Shown here: positions 41,005 to 55,074 of the stretch, piece after piece
Numbering within the stretch: position 1 is the first letter of the stretch
Layout of the letters: every line of letters begins with the position of its first letter
NCBI GenBank assembly: GCA_951406725.2
Contig: OX597814.1
Location: forward strand, 171,616,001 to 171,680,000
Source: Octopus vulgaris
Lineage: Eukaryota
DNA length: 64,000 bases
Direction of reading: 5' to 3'
Notes under the pieces: model-generated
Databases searched by the model: none
What the model saw: only the letters and a program-made list of their open reading frames with translations
What the model was told of the DNA's origin: nothing
Position numbers and translations under genes: made by a program

Positions 41005-41538
41005 GCATATGCACATGAGCTCGTCATCAGCTAGGCTGTTACGCAGAATTTACCAGTATGCTACATTGAATTCCGTCAATGTCAGTTTTACACGCTTCCT
41101 GCAGTTGCGATCTCGTCTCTTGGAAAGTTCAAAGAAACTCACCTAGCACCGAGGTCTGCAGTGCTGAGAGTTGTAACTTCATCGCGTGACAGATTCTCCC
41201 CACCGTCATGATGACTTTAAATGCGCCCGCCCGCGCGTGTGCGCGTGCGTGCATGTGTATGCGCGCGAACGTATGCGGTGCGTACATCTGCCTATATTCT
41301 TATGTGTATGTATGAATGAATGAATTAATGTGTGTATGCAAATATATATATATAATTATATGTACGTATGTATATACGTATATGTATGCTCGTACACACA
41401 CACACACATATATTTGATAGGTGAGAGAGAGGTACACATATACACTTCCATATACATGTACACACAATCACACATATATTGATAGATATCGATAGATACA
41501 TATTGTATACAATTATATATTAATATGTATGTGTATGT

Positions 41539-41753
41539 AAGGCGTCGAGCTGGCTGAAACGTTAGCACGCCGGGTGAAATACTTAGCGGTATATCGTCTG
41601 CCGTTACGTTCTGAGTTCAAATTCCACCGAGGTCGACTTTGCCTTTCATCCTTTTGGGGTCGACAAATTAAGTACCAGTTGTGTATTGGTGTCGATATAA
41701 TCGGCTGGCTCCCCCCCCCCACAAATGTTGGGCCTTGTACCTAGTATAGAAAA
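41539..41753 (+). mobile_element. Meta-domain SINE
   Basis: GGCGTCGAGCTGGC..GCCTTTCATCCTTTTGGGGTCGAC..GGCCTTGTACCTAG. Confidence 0.88.
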
Positions 41754-41812
41754 TAGTGTTATGTGTGTATGCATGTGTGTATCTATGCATCTCTTTATAT
41801 ATCTATTCATAT

Positions 41813-42195
41813 GGAAACACTCCGTCGGTTACGACGATGAGGGTTCCGGTTGATCCGAATCAACGGAACAGCCTGCTCGTGAAATTAACGTGTAAGTGGC
41901 TGAGCACTCCACAGACACGTGCACCCTTAACGTAGTTCTCGGGGATATTCAGCTTGACACAGAGAGTGACAAGGCCGGCCTCTTGAAATACAGGTACAAC
42001 AGAAACAGGAAGTAAGAGTGAGAGAAAGTTGTGGTGAAAGAGTACAGCAGGGATCACCACCATCCCCTGCCGGAGCCTCGTGGAGCTTTTAGGTGTTTTC
42101 GCTCAATAAACACTCACAACGCCCGGTCTGGGAATCGAAACCGCGATCCTATGACCGCGAGTCCGCTGCCCTAACCACTGGGCTATTGCGCCTCC
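41813..42195 (-). mobile_element. Young SINE, family A
   Basis: Reverse complement of the 13527 copy. TSD TCTAT(T/G)CATAT at 41802-41812 and 42196-42206. Confidence 0.93.
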
Positions 42196-42254
42196 TCTAT
42201 GCATATATTTATGTATGTGTATTCATGTCTGTATGCGCATGTATGTATATACAG

Positions 42255-42287
<33 letters not shown>

Positions 42288-42299
42288 GCACACACACAA

Positions 42300-42338
<39 letters not shown>

Positions 42339-42582
42339 CATATAGGTTTTAAATTTCGGCACAAGGCCAGTACATAATATATATAAGAAGATGAATGAAT
42401 TCAGTAGTTTAACATTCGTTAAAATTGTTTCCGTACCAGCCTGTTACTAACGCCATTGTATGTGAATGATTCAACGTAAAATGTTACGCAATGTGTGTGG
42501 TTGAATATGTCGTACCTGAGTGGCGCCTCATTAGACTTGCATTAAGCCATGCGTCTTATTATCCTGTTTTTATCTAAGGTGT

Positions 42583-42930
42583 AAGTGTGACTGTGCGGTG
42601 AGGAAGCTCCCTTCCCAACCATTTCGTCTTCGGTTCAGTCCCACTGTGCGGTACCTTGGGAAGTGCCTTCTATTAAGTGAAAGTGTTTTCTACTTGTGAA
42701 AGAATTTGGTGGACGGAGACTGCAAGAAGCATATAATATATGTGTGAGTGTGTTTGCGTTTGTGTGTGCATGTGTCGTTGTTTGAGTTTATCCCTCCTTC
42801 GCTTGACAACCACTAGAGCAAATCCCAGTTTAAAAAGATTGGGATCATGACGAGTTTGTCGGCTAAATCCTTCGAGGCGGTGCCCCAGCATGGCCGCAGG
42901 CCAATGACTGAAACATGTAACAGATAAAGC
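42583..42930 (+). mobile_element. CORE-type SINE, older copy
   Basis: GGTTCAGTCCCACTGTGCGGTACCTTGGG..CCAGCATGGCCGCAG..ATGACTGAAACA. Confidence 0.75.
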
Positions 42931-43063
42931 ATAAGTCATTGCATGTGAAATCAGAGTATGCATGTGTATATCTATCTCGATCATTATCTGTGTCTGTTAT
43001 ATGTTTGTGGTGTGTGTGTGTTTGTGTGTATCTGTATGTGGGCATCTTTATATAACCATCATT

Positions 43064-43188
<125 letters not shown>

Positions 43189-43725
43189 AATATCATTTTG
43201 GGATAAAAGGCAGATTTTATACAGAAGATTTGCAACTGTTCATAACTGCCTTTTATCAATCCTTTTTTATCAATCGCAGTCGTCAACTACACTGTGATCT
43301 GTGACCATCAGCCAGCCACACTGTTTTTGCACCTGGAAACGAATACTGGATAACAATAGCATTTAAGGGATACATCATTAATATCTATCATTTTGGGATA
43401 AAAGGCAGATTTTATACAGAAGAATTGCAACTCTCTTTGTAACTGTCAAACTCCAGCCAGATGCAAGACCCTTAGAAGCCAGATTCGAGAAATTTAAATG
43501 GTTTGTTACATGTTTTATCATACTTGATCGGGATATATTCATATAAACTCATTTTTCTTTCTTATTATAAAAAATTTTACATGTAAACTAGTTTTAAAAT
43601 CATTGTCAAAGACTCTTGTGTATCTGTATTAAGGCTTGCCTCTCAACGGTTAGATACAAACACACACACACACACAAGAGTTTGTATGATTGCATTATTT
43701 ACATTTGTCCTCATCGTTGTTGTTA

Positions 43726-43770
43726 AGACAACGTTTCGGCTGATATAACCTCCAGCCTTCATCAGGTGTC
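43726..43770 (-). ncRNA. Minimal type I hammerhead motif in the Penelope pseudo-LTR
   Basis: GACAC-CTGATGA-aGGCTG..CAGCC-GAAACGTT-GTCTT; stem I has a mismatch. Confidence 0.65.
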
Positions 43771-43808
43771 TTGGGGAACCTGGGTATTTTTCGATGTCGT
43801 TGTTGTTG

Positions 43809-43910
<102 letters not shown>

Positions 43911-44009
43911 TCACTGCCTGGAATCGAACTCGGAATCTTGGGATTAGTAGCTCGCGCTCTTAACTACTACGTCATATGCCCGTGGGCATTTATAGAGTGA
44001 ATTTTAGGG

Positions 44010-44760
44010 CTAATATTTTCTTATCCTTCCTTAATACCGGTTCTCGTATACTACTCGTATCTTCACTCGGTCTGCTTAGGAGGTTGTTGTGTCCTAGAAT
44101 ATGTGCCGCTTCTTTTAGTTTTCGTATTTTTCAGTGATGTTCTCTGTCTATCATTTTAACTTCAACCCACAGTGGAATGTGGTCTCCATTTTTCCATACA
44201 TGATCAGCTATACCCGATTTATCAATATCTCCTCGTGTCAGAGCTTTGCGATGTTCGTCTACCCTTATTTTGAGGGGGCGGTATGTGTCACTTTTGTATT
44301 ACCTACCACAGCTGCATGGGATGGAGTACACGCAGTCTTTGGTCATATTCTCTTATATTGGTGGTTTTATTCGAAGGAGATATTTGCGAAGTGTTGTATT
44401 ACTCTTGAATACTGTCCTGATGTCATATGGGCTGCATACCTTTCGTATCTTTCCTGAGAGGCCTTTCACATAGGGTAGACAGACTGTAGACAGTTTACTG
44501 GTTTCATCCTTTCTTTTCTTCATAATTGGAGTGGATAGTATGTTTTGGGGGTAGTTGTTGCTTAATAGATTGTTATTGAGCTTGATCATTTCTTCGTGGT
44601 GTGTATCACGATCGCTACTTATATTCTTTGCTCGTTGTTTTAGGCACTGAGCAATCCCTCTCTTTAAACTGTATGGATGGTGGGAACTGAAGTTGAGGTA
44701 TCGTCCACTGAAGGTCGGCTTGCAGTATACGGATGTCCTGAATCCATACCTGGTGCGTGT
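44010..44760 (-). pseudogene. Penelope RT C-terminus plus GIY-YIG endonuclease remnant
   Basis: TSVYCKPTFSGRYLNFSSHHPYSLKRGIAQCL..CLPYVKGLSGKIRKVC..CVYSIPCSCGR*Y..RPLKIRVDEH..SGIADHVW, with in-frame stops. Confidence 0.92.
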
Positions 44761-44819
44761 TAGTGGTTAAGAGCGCGGGCTACTAATCCCAACATTCCGA
44801 ATGCTATTCTAGGTAGTGA

Positions 44820-44887
<68 letters not shown>

Positions 44888-45099
44888 TTTCTTTATTGCC
44901 CACAGGGGGGTAAACACAGAGGGGACAAACAAGGACAGACAAACGGATTAAGTTGATTATATCGACCCCAAATAGTAATAATGATGATGATGATGATGAT
45001 GATGACGATGATGATGATGATGATGATGATTATGATAATGATAATAAACAACATCGAAAAATACCTTAGGAATGAAACCCAGGTTCCAAATTTCCCCAA

Positions 45100-45145
45100 G
45101 ACACCTGATGAAGGCTGGAGGATATATCAGCCGAAACGTTGTGTT
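45100..45145 (+). ncRNA. Minimal type I hammerhead motif in the Penelope pseudo-LTR
   Basis: GACAC-CTGATGA-aGGCTG GAGGATATAT CAGCC-GAAACGTT-GTGTT, with palindromic stem III AACGTT. Confidence 0.72.
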
Positions 45146-46153
45146 AACAACAAACAAAATGAGGACAAATGCCCGTCAAATGTAAATAATGTAAATAATG
45201 TACATAATTCCTCATCTCTTAAATATAGAACTGAATGAAATTCCAACACGTTTTATTATCAGTAGTTTTTACTATATTACAATATTTAGTACTTTCATGA
45301 TTTTGTTCAGGTTATTTCTACCGATAATTCCATAGAACTACAGTCGGCACTGATTTTTGCAATAACACTTCGTATCGAGACGTCAAGTAGTGACATTCGT
45401 GTTACACAACTGACAACTGTAGTGATATGGTTGGACTTATCTTTTAAATACTCTTCGATGGGCTCCAGCAGGCTGAACCTTACGAACTGTATTTTGACCA
45501 ATCAGTATGCGGCTTAGATGTGTTTGGTGAGCGCGCCAACTAGGTTCCCGCTGTATTTCCATTAATCAATATATGGCTTAGACATCAGGGTTTAGTGAGG
45601 ACGCCAAGAATTCATTAATTTGACTGTCAAGCGGACGTCAAGAATTTGACTAATAATTGCTTGGCTATATTTTGGAATGTGGTAAAAAATATTCCTGCCT
45701 TCATTCTTACCCAAGAAATTTTTACATTTCAATCGAATCAATGTTCATTTCAAACGAGTCAGTGTTCATTTGGTCAATATGACTACCATCCACCCATCAC
45801 TTTTATTATTTTTGTTTTTGTTGTTAGTGGTGGCGATGGTAGGAGGGGTAATAGCCGTAGTATTTATTATCATTAGACCATCATCAATATTATCATCACC
45901 GTTACTATAACTGTCCGTTTAGAACAGGTTCAATTATCAATAAAATTATTTTCCCTGACATTTATCTCAATTTCTCTTGAGTTATAAACTTCTTCTGACC
46001 GCATGTTGCTAGATGGTTACTTAAAGGTATCTGACGGACATCAGGGTCCCTAATTTGCTGTGGGTGCACACGTGAACGTTCCAATACTTCCCAGTCTGAC
46101 TAACGTATATCTCTTCACGATTTGAGCATTTGAGTCAATATATATATATATAC

Positions 46154-46202
<49 letters not shown>

Positions 46203-46215
46203 GTGTGTGTATATA

Positions 46216-46279
<64 letters not shown>

Positions 46280-46281
<2 letters not shown>

Positions 46282-46645
46282 CTCTTTTACTCTTTTACTT
46301 GTTTCAGTCATTTCAGTCATCACTGCCTTTAGTCGAGGAAATCGCCCCCCACAGCTTATACTTTGCAAGCCTAGTACTTATTCTATCGGTCGCTTTTGCC
46401 GAACAGCTAAGTTACAGGGACGTAAACACACCAGCATCAATTGTCAAGGGATGTTGGGACACCCACACACATACACATACATATATACGATCTTTCCGTC
46501 TTTCAGTTTCCGTCTACCAAATCCACTCACAAGGCTTTCATCGGCTACAGTGGAAGACACTTACCCAAGGTGCCTCGAAGTGGGACTGAACACGGAACCA
46601 TGTGGTTGGTAAGCAAGCTACTTACCACCCACCCACTCCTGCGCC

Positions 46646-46648
<3 letters not shown>
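46280..46648 (-). mobile_element. CORE-type SINE
   Basis: Reverse complement of the 9818 family. Confidence 0.85.
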
Positions 46649-46726
<78 letters not shown>

Positions 46727-46853
46727 ATGCGTGTGTGTCAGACAAGGTGGCATTCTATCTCCACTCTTTAAAAGATTCTCCTGGAAGTTGTCATAAGAGA
46801 ACTCAAACTATTACATAAACGTCTGTCAGTTTCTGAGATCTTTTCCACAGACA

Positions 46854-47216
46854 TAGGTGCAGCGTGGCATTGTGGTAAGAAGCTTCCTTTCCAACCACAT
46901 GGTTCCGGGTTCAGTTCCACTGCATGGCACGTTGGGAAAGTGTCTTGTACTATAGCCCCGGGCTGATCAAAGCCTTGTGAGTGAATTTGGTAAACGGAAA
47001 CTGAAAGACGCCCGTCACCGCGTGTGTACCGTTGGCGATTTTTTTTCCTCCGTCTTCCCTTCTTTGGATCTTTCCTTTTCCTATGTTACTGACGAAGAGC
47101 TCCGCTCGAAACGTTAAACCCTTCTTCTTTCCTTCTTTCCTGAGCGTCCAATAATACTATACTTGTTCCACGTCCTCGCGTTGTTGTGTTTTCTCTTTGT
47201 GTTTTCATGTTTGGAT

Positions 47217-47294
<78 letters not shown>

Positions 47295-47324
47295 CATACA
47301 TACATACATACATACATACATACA

Positions 47325-47355
<31 letters not shown>

Positions 47356-47475
47356 GCATGTGTTTATTTGTGCGTGTGAGTCTTTGTTGTCCCCCCACCA
47401 TCACTTGACAACGGATGCTGGTGTGTCAACGTCCCCGTAACTTAGCGGTCCGGCAAAAGAGACGCTAGAATAAAA
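46854..47475 (+). mobile_element. CORE-type SINE split by a hammerhead-bearing element and microsatellites
   Basis: Head to GCCCGTC at ~47016; the tail resumes at TTGTCCCCCCACCATCACTTGACAAC ~47387. Confidence 0.85.
47017..47221 (+). mobile_element. ~200-bp hammerhead-bearing repeat, copy 1 (motif at 47085-47119)
   Basis: GTTA-CTGACGA-aGAGC TCC GCTC-GAAACGTT-AAAC. Homologs at 49214 and 58490. Confidence 0.75.
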
Positions 47476-47499
47476 GTAAAACAACATCAAAAATTAATT

Positions 47500-48085
47500 A
47501 AGGCGGCGAGCTGGCAGAATCGTTAGCAAGTCGGGCGAAATGCTTAGCGGTATTTCGTCTGCGTTACGTTGTGAGTTCAAATTCCGCCGAGGTCGACTTT
47601 GCCTTTCATCCTTTCGGGGTCGATAAATTAAGTACCAGTTACGCATTGGGGTCGATGTAATCGACTTAATACCTATGTCTGTCCTTGTTTGTCCCCTCTG
47701 TGTTTAGCCCCTTGTGGGTAATAAAGAAATAGGTATTTCGTCTGCCGTTACGTTGTGAGTTCAAATTCTGCTGAGCTCGACTTTGCCTTTCATCCTTTCC
47801 GGGTCGATTAAATAAGTACAAGTTACGCACTGGGGTCGATGTAATCGACTTAATCCGTTTGTCTGTCCTTGTTTGTCCTCTCTGTGTTTAGCCCCTTGTG
47901 GGTAGTAAAGAAATAGGTATTTCATCTGTTTTTACGTTCTGAGTTCAAATTCCACCGAAGTCGACTTTGCCTTTTATTCTTTCGGGGTCGATAAATTAAG
48001 TACCAGTTACATACTGTGGTCCGATCAAATCGACTGAACCCCCACTCCAAAAATGTCGGGCCTTGTCCCTAGAGTAGAAAAGAAT
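47500..48085 (+). mobile_element. Tandem trimer of the Meta-domain SINE
   Basis: Full copy at 47500-47732, then two head-truncated copies starting GGTATTTC at ~47732 and ~47916. Confidence 0.9.
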
Positions 48086-48563
48086 ATTGTTTTCTTTTTA
48101 CCTAAGAAAGTGGGATTCTTCAAACAGTGATGCTTTTACTTAGATGACGTTAACTGCGTATCTGGAAAAAAATTGAGTCATGTGTGAATCAAAACTATAT
48201 CCTACTCTCTCAAATCTGGCCATGGTTACACCGAAGGTTCAAAATGTGTATTTGTAGAGGGAGAGAGAAAAAAAAGAGAGGGACAGAAAAAGAGAGTGAA
48301 GGGGAGAAAGGAGGGGGAGAGAGAAACTGACAATACGAGAAACTGGTGACGGTCTAAGTCAGCAACGGTAATTTAACGACAAAATTTGTGGAAGATTATG
48401 ATTCGAATGGATGAATGGCATTTAAAAGTTAAAAATTTAAGGTTCTGAACTTAGGTCACTCGTCTGAGTAAAGAAGAGAGAGGGATTGCGGACAGATATA
48501 ATGTTTTCTCATATTCATTGTGGATAAATATATTACACATAGTCGTGCGCACATAGGTTCCTC

Positions 48564-48704
<141 letters not shown>

Positions 48705-48706
48705 AT

Positions 48707-49113
48707 AGGCACAGGCGTGGCTGTGTGGTAAGGAGCTTGCTTCTCAACTACATGGCCCGGGTTCAGTCTCACCGCGTGGCACCTTGGGCGACTGTCTTTT
48801 ATTGAAGCTTCGGGTTGACCAAAGTCTTCTGAGTGGATTTGGTTGACGGACGCTTAAAGGAGCCTGTCGTAAATGTGTATATATTCATGTGTGTGTCTTT
48901 GTATTTGTGTTCGTCTCCCCCTCCTCCGCCATCGCTTGACAATCGAATTTGGTGTGTTTATATCCCTGTACATTAGCGATTCGGCAAAAGAAACCGAAAG
49001 AATAAGTTCTAGGCTTATAACGAATAAGTCCTGGGGGCGATTTCTTCGACTAAAATCCTTCAAGGCAGTGCTCAAGCATGGCCGCAGTCAAATGACTGAA
49101 ACAAGTAAGCGAT
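48707..49113 (+). mobile_element. CORE-type SINE, full length
   Basis: Same family as 9818. Confidence 0.87.
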
Positions 49114-49179
<66 letters not shown>

Positions 49180-49180
49180 G

Positions 49181-49212
<32 letters not shown>

Positions 49213-49213
49213 A

Positions 49214-49415
49214 AGTTAATCCAAACAAGAAAACAAAAAACAACAAGGCAAGGATGTGGAACAAATAAAGTATTATCGGACGCTCAGGAAAGAAGGGAAG
49301 AAGGAGGGTTTGACGTTTCGAGCGGAGCTCTTCGTCGGAAACATAGGAGAAAGAAACATCTCGAGATGGGAAGGACAGAGGAAAACAAATTGCAGGTAGT
49401 CTACACGAGGTCACA
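49214..49415 (-). mobile_element. ~200-bp hammerhead-bearing repeat, copy 2 (motif at 49308-49342)
   Basis: Minus strand GTTT-CCGACGA-aGAGCTCCGCTC-GAAAC-GTC-AAAC, adjacent to (TA)n. Confidence 0.75.
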
Positions 49416-49455
49416 TACTAAAAGGACGGAAGTGGTCAAAAGGAAGGAAAAGTGT

Positions 49456-49527
<72 letters not shown>

Positions 49528-50233
49528 AGAGAGAGAGAGAGAGTGAGACACAGAGACAGTCAGACAGACAGACAGACAGAATTATTTAGCCTATTGATCT
49601 TTCAAAAGCTTGAACATACTTCTTGAATCTTAATAATGTATCATGAAAGAGTTTCCTTAAGCACATAACAGTATCGTTTATAATTGATGCCTCCACATAC
49701 ACTCGAATAAAACAAAACATGCACATAGGATACTGCATGTGCTCTCATGCGTAAATACACAAAAACACGCACACACACACACACACAGAGGAGCAAACAC
49801 ACCCGTTTTTGGACGGTTTAAGTTGTTTTGTTGGTATTTTTTTCACCAAGTAATTGAAGTACCGAGAAGGTTTATGAATAGCAGGGAAATCAATGTTTCT
49901 GATTAACCTAGGAACGGAAAATCAAATTGAAGGCTGGTTATTGTGGAGGTCGTGGCACTTTAATGATCATAGAACATATAAGTTTTGCAAACGATGCAAA
50001 GTAGAGCTACCGAAGTGTTTTGAGAGTAGATTACGGATAATAACTACAAAATATAGTTGTTTTATATGAAAGCGAAATTTCTTGTGAGAAACAGCCACAT
50101 AAATGGTGTAATAAAATTGAAGGAAATCGTTGAAACTTCTCGTTTGCGAGTTACTGTTTTTTTCAACAGCAAAGGGAGTTATTTTTTCAGAGAGATAAAC
50201 TAACAAAAGCCCCTTTATTCTGTCTTCCCACAT

Positions 50234-50621
50234 GGTGGAAGCACTCCGTCGGTTACGACGACGAGGGTTCCAGTTGATCCGAATCAACGGAAAAGCCTGC
50301 TGGTGAAATTAACGTGTAAGTGGCTGAGCACTCCACAGATACGTGAACCCTTAACGTAGTTCTCGGGGATATTCAGCGTGACACAAAGAGTGACAAGGCT
50401 GGCCCTTTGAAATACAGGTACAACAGAAACAGGAAGTAAGAGTGAGAGAAAGTTGTGGTGAAAGAGTACAGCAGGGATCACCACCATCCCCTGCCGGAGC
50501 CTCGTGGAGCTTTAGGTGTTTTCGCTCAATAAACACTCACAACGCCCGGTCTGGGAATCGAAACCGCGATCCTATGACCGCGAGTCCGCTGCCCTAACCA
50601 CTGGGCCATTGCGCCTCCACG
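50234..50621 (-). mobile_element. Young SINE, family A
   Basis: Reverse complement of the 13527 copy. TSD GTCTTCCCA(C/T)AT at 50222-50233 and 50622-50633. Confidence 0.93.
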
Positions 50622-50778
50622 GTCTTCCCATATAACCTGCACATAAACTAATAACGAATGCTGCATAAAGTTAAATTGGTATGGAGCTTTCTGAAAAATA
50701 TGTATAGCTTTCGCAAGTGGAAGCAAAACCCTTATTTAAAGGTTGATTCTTTAGGACGAATCATATGTGATTGTTTAA

Positions 50779-51086
50779 CCCCTTACCCGGCAGAAACGAA
50801 TATATGCGCTTTGACCGAAATCGTTTTTTTCTATCTCTGGCGAGTTAACTCGTCAAAAGATAGACTCGCCAAAATCGACAGCAAACGAGTTCCTTCGTCT
50901 AAAAACGGGTTAACTCGTTTCTGCCCAAAGCGGTAATTTAAAATCAATATTATTGAATTAAAATTCATAATAAATAAGGTTTGAAATATACCTCGAAATC
51001 ACCATACAAAACATAGTAAAATAAAACAATTAAAAAATATGTCTGAAAAAATACATTTATTTTCAAAATAATTGTTGGGTAAGGGG
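50779..51086. mobile_element. piggyBac-type MITE
   Basis: TTAA on both flanks, TIR CCCCTTACCC(GG/AA)CA, and internal palindromes CGAGTTAACTCG and CGGGTTAACTCG. Confidence 0.85.
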
Positions 51087-51241
51087 TTAAAAAAGGCTAG
51101 AACGACAATGTTAAAGTGTATTTGAAAGAATGGACAACAATCGAAATATCATAATGGATGGGTAAATAAGCATCCTTAAAGTGAAACAACGCATTGGTAG
51201 GTAAAGAAAGGCATCAATAAATAGAAGAGATACATCGTATA

Positions 51242-51797
51242 CAATGTTCCTAGTCAATTAGATCACTGTGGCAGGTGGACAGTCGAAATAAATAAACAGG
51301 CAAAATCCTTTCACTTTTATAAAATTATTAAAAAAGTATGGAAGATCCCACATATAAAAAGACTATGTTCATTTAGATCCATCCACGTGGGAGCTCTGGG
51401 CAAAATCTTTAGTGCATGACCATCCTTGGGACATAAATAATGTGTGAGTAAAGTTTGGTGAATATCGTTTGAGAATTGTGGAAATGTGTGCGTTCAGTGT
51501 TCTTAGTCAATTTAATCACTGTCGCTAGTGGACAGTAGAAATAAACAAATAGACAAAATCCTTTCAATTTTATTAAAAAAAAAACATTAAAAAAGTATGG
51601 AAGATCCTACATACAGAAAACTATGTCTTTCTACGCTCATTTATGCGGGAGCTCTGGGCAAAATATTATAATGGACGTAATATCCTTGAGACATCAGTAA
51701 TGTGTGTGTTAAGTTCTGTGAAAGTCAGTTGAGAATTGTGGAAATGTATGCGTTAGTCATTATACACACACATACTGTGATTTATGTATACTAGATA
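51242..51797 (+). mobile_element. Helitron/Helentron-like non-autonomous repeat with 2 x ~255-bp tandem units
   Basis: Units at 51242-51494 and 51495-51753, each ending AAGTT..TGAGAATTGTGGAAATGT.TGCGTT, followed by a short (CA) tract and ..ATACTAGAT. The class is inferred. Confidence 0.55.
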
Positions 51798-51800
51798 TAT

Positions 51801-52077
51801 CATGGGCTCTCATCATTAGATGACGTATGAGGGTTCGGCAATTTCTTGTCAGATGATTTGTTTATAGTGGTCAAATGCTTGTGGTCACATAAGCTCACTC
51901 CCTCCATCAAATCGACATCAGCTATATAAGTGCACTATGTGCCACATGTCAGGTGACGAAATGATCGCAAGGCAATGTGAAATGAAGGGCTTTGCTCAAT
52001 AACACAACGTAACGCTCGGTCGAACCCACGATCTCGCAATCGTGAGTGCAACACCCTAACCACTAAGCCACGCACCA
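51801..52077 (-). mobile_element. tRNA-derived SINE, family C
   Basis: Homologous to 251-541. Confidence 0.8.
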
Positions 52078-52129
<52 letters not shown>

Positions 52130-52547
52130 ATACTATCATGTTTGTATGAACATGCAACACACTTTCATGAATGTCAGCGTGCACATACATACACACACAT
52201 ATGCATGTATGTATGTACTACGCACATTACAGAGGCGCACCACGCGCACTCACATGTTCATACGTTTTTGTGCGGGTACGCGCGCGTATGCGTGGGTGGC
52301 TGTGCGTTTGTGCATGTATGTGTATGTGTGTATGTGCGTGCGTGCGTGCGTATGTGACCTTTCTGTGTCAGGATTTGTGAAGCTGGAGGGAGTTTCATTA
52401 CGATCTAATTCTGAAATGGAATAAGCAGCAAAATCTTCCCTCCATGCTGACCTTTCTATATTTTGACCTTTTAACTTTCAGAAGCAAAGAAATCCTAATC
52501 TTATCTCTCCGAAGTTGATTCTAAAAAAAAAAATAGAAGTTCTTCCA

Positions 52548-52597
<50 letters not shown>

Positions 52598-52716
52598 ATG
52601 TATATATACTCACGCATGTATACGTTCATACTTCGTTCATATATTTCTATACATGTATATATATGCATACATTGGTGTGTGAATTCAAACAGGTTTGCGT
52701 TGGAGCGAAGTGCTTA

Positions 52717-52786
<70 letters not shown>

Positions 52787-52870
52787 TATATAGATAGAGA
52801 GACATATATATACATACATATATAGATAGATATATGTATATATATATGTACATATATATATATATACATA

Positions 52871-52959
<89 letters not shown>

Positions 52960-53591
52960 GTATACATATATAAGTACTTACTTTACGCAGCCATATATAT
53001 AGATAACTGTTAAAATATCACAGTAAACACCGTTGTTTCTGAAATATCAAACCTCCAATGCTTTAATCTAAGTAATCTCTCAAGTATTTCTGTTACTCTC
53101 ATATTTTCTTCCATATTATTATTTCACTGGTAGCCTTTGGCCAAAACATTTTGGATTTGAACTACATAATCTCCTCTCTATTTCCGCTTCCGTTACTTGT
53201 TATTAATCCCACCCCACGCCTTTTTTTTTTTTTTCTATTTTTCCTACGAAAATTCTTTTAACCTTTTCGCATGGAATGTTTATTTCATTATTTTGAGTCT
53301 CTTACGGAATGATCTAAGTTAGAACCAAACGAGAAAAAATAGAGAGAGAGCGAGAAAGAAAGTATAAAAAGATGAAAGCTTCTGTTTGTACGTACAACTT
53401 TTCAAATGTTTGTACGTACAACTTTTCAAATATTTATATGTATATAAACAGTATGTATGGTTTGTATGTATGTATGTATGTATGTATGTATGTATGTATG
53501 TATGTATGTATGTATGTATGGATGTATGTATGTATGTATGTATGTATGTATGTATGTATGTATGTATGTATGTATGTGTGTATTAAGTGTA

Positions 53592-53744
53592 TGGCGTGGC
53601 TGTGTGGAAAGAAGCTTGCTTCCCAACCGGGTTCAGTCTTACGGCGTGGTACCTTGAACAAGTGTCTCCTGCTATAGCCTCGGGCCGACCAAAGCCGTGT
53701 GGCTTTGTGAGTGGATTTGGTGGACGGAAACTGAAACAAGCCCG

Positions 53745-53798
<54 letters not shown>

Positions 53799-54013
53799 TC
53801 ATTTTTCAACCGATTGTGCCCTCCCCCAACAATCACTTTACAACCGATGTTAGTGTGTTTAGGTCTACGTAACATAGCGGTTCGGCAAAAGAGACCGATA
53901 GAATAAGTAGTAGGCTCACAAAGTATAAATATTGGGGTCAATTTGTTCGACTAAAGAAAAAAAATGTAGTGCTTCAGCATGGCTGCAGTCAAATGACTGA
54001 AACAAGTAAAAGA
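53592..54013 (+). mobile_element. CORE-type SINE with internal (CA)n
   Basis: Same family as 9818. Confidence 0.87.
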
Positions 54014-54018
54014 AAATC

Positions 54019-54111
<93 letters not shown>

Positions 54112-54627
54112 AAAATCATGTTGTAACTGCCCTGATTCCATCGGAGTTTTATTTTTTAAAATTAAAATTCAGTATATTACAGTTTAATATATGTTTTATG
54201 CTGTGGTCAAGTGTTCGTATTATGTTGAATTGTGGAATTGCAGTGGAATCGATCTCGGAACATATCATTGCCAATCGAGCTACGTAATCACACGGCCATA
54301 GATGAACTGGTGCTATTACGCTGCTATAGTTTTTGAATGGACAATGAAAATTTCAGTGTCTGATTTCTATTTCTCGCGCCACCTATTGTAATACATTTGC
54401 GCCTCAGATTAAATCAAAATAAACAATTGTCTATATCTATGATGTATAACTTTCCCGATTCTGTTCTTGTATTGTTAGAAGCATTGAAGATTGTACTTCA
54501 ACATAGCAACAATTCAAAGACTGAAAACTAGTTATAACAGATCTGCACAAACACACACATGATTGCTTGTACGTATATGCTTGAGTATACAAATATATAC
54601 ATAAGGCTGTGGTATCTATGCAGCAAT

Positions 54628-54853
54628 AAGGCGGCGAGCTGGCAGAAACGTTAGCATGCCGGGCGAAATGCGTTATTTCGTCTGCCGTTACGTTCTGAAT
54701 TCAAATTCCGCCGAGGTCGACTTTGCCTTTCATCCTTTCGGGGTCGATAAATTAAGTACCAGTTACGCACTGGGGTCGATGTAATCGACTTAATCCCTTT
54801 GTCTGTCCTTGTTTGTCCCCTCTGTGTTTAGCCCCTTGTGGGTAGTAAAGAAA
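54628..54853 (+). mobile_element. Meta-domain SINE, full length
   Basis: Near identical to 1369-1602. Confidence 0.9.
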
Positions 54854-55074
54854 TTGTAGGCCAACGAGCAGTGATGGACCCCAGAGCATTTATTTATTAG
54901 CAACAAGCTACAACATATAGAGATCATATTTGGGTCTTTAGACACCTAGGCAACTGCCCAGTGTGCTTATAGCTTAAGACGGCACTTCATAAGGCATAAC
55001 TTTTCTTGTTTTAGTTCTATTCTTGCAGAAGGGGTGCGTCACATCTGTGTTGTGTCTTTATGTCATAATATTTG

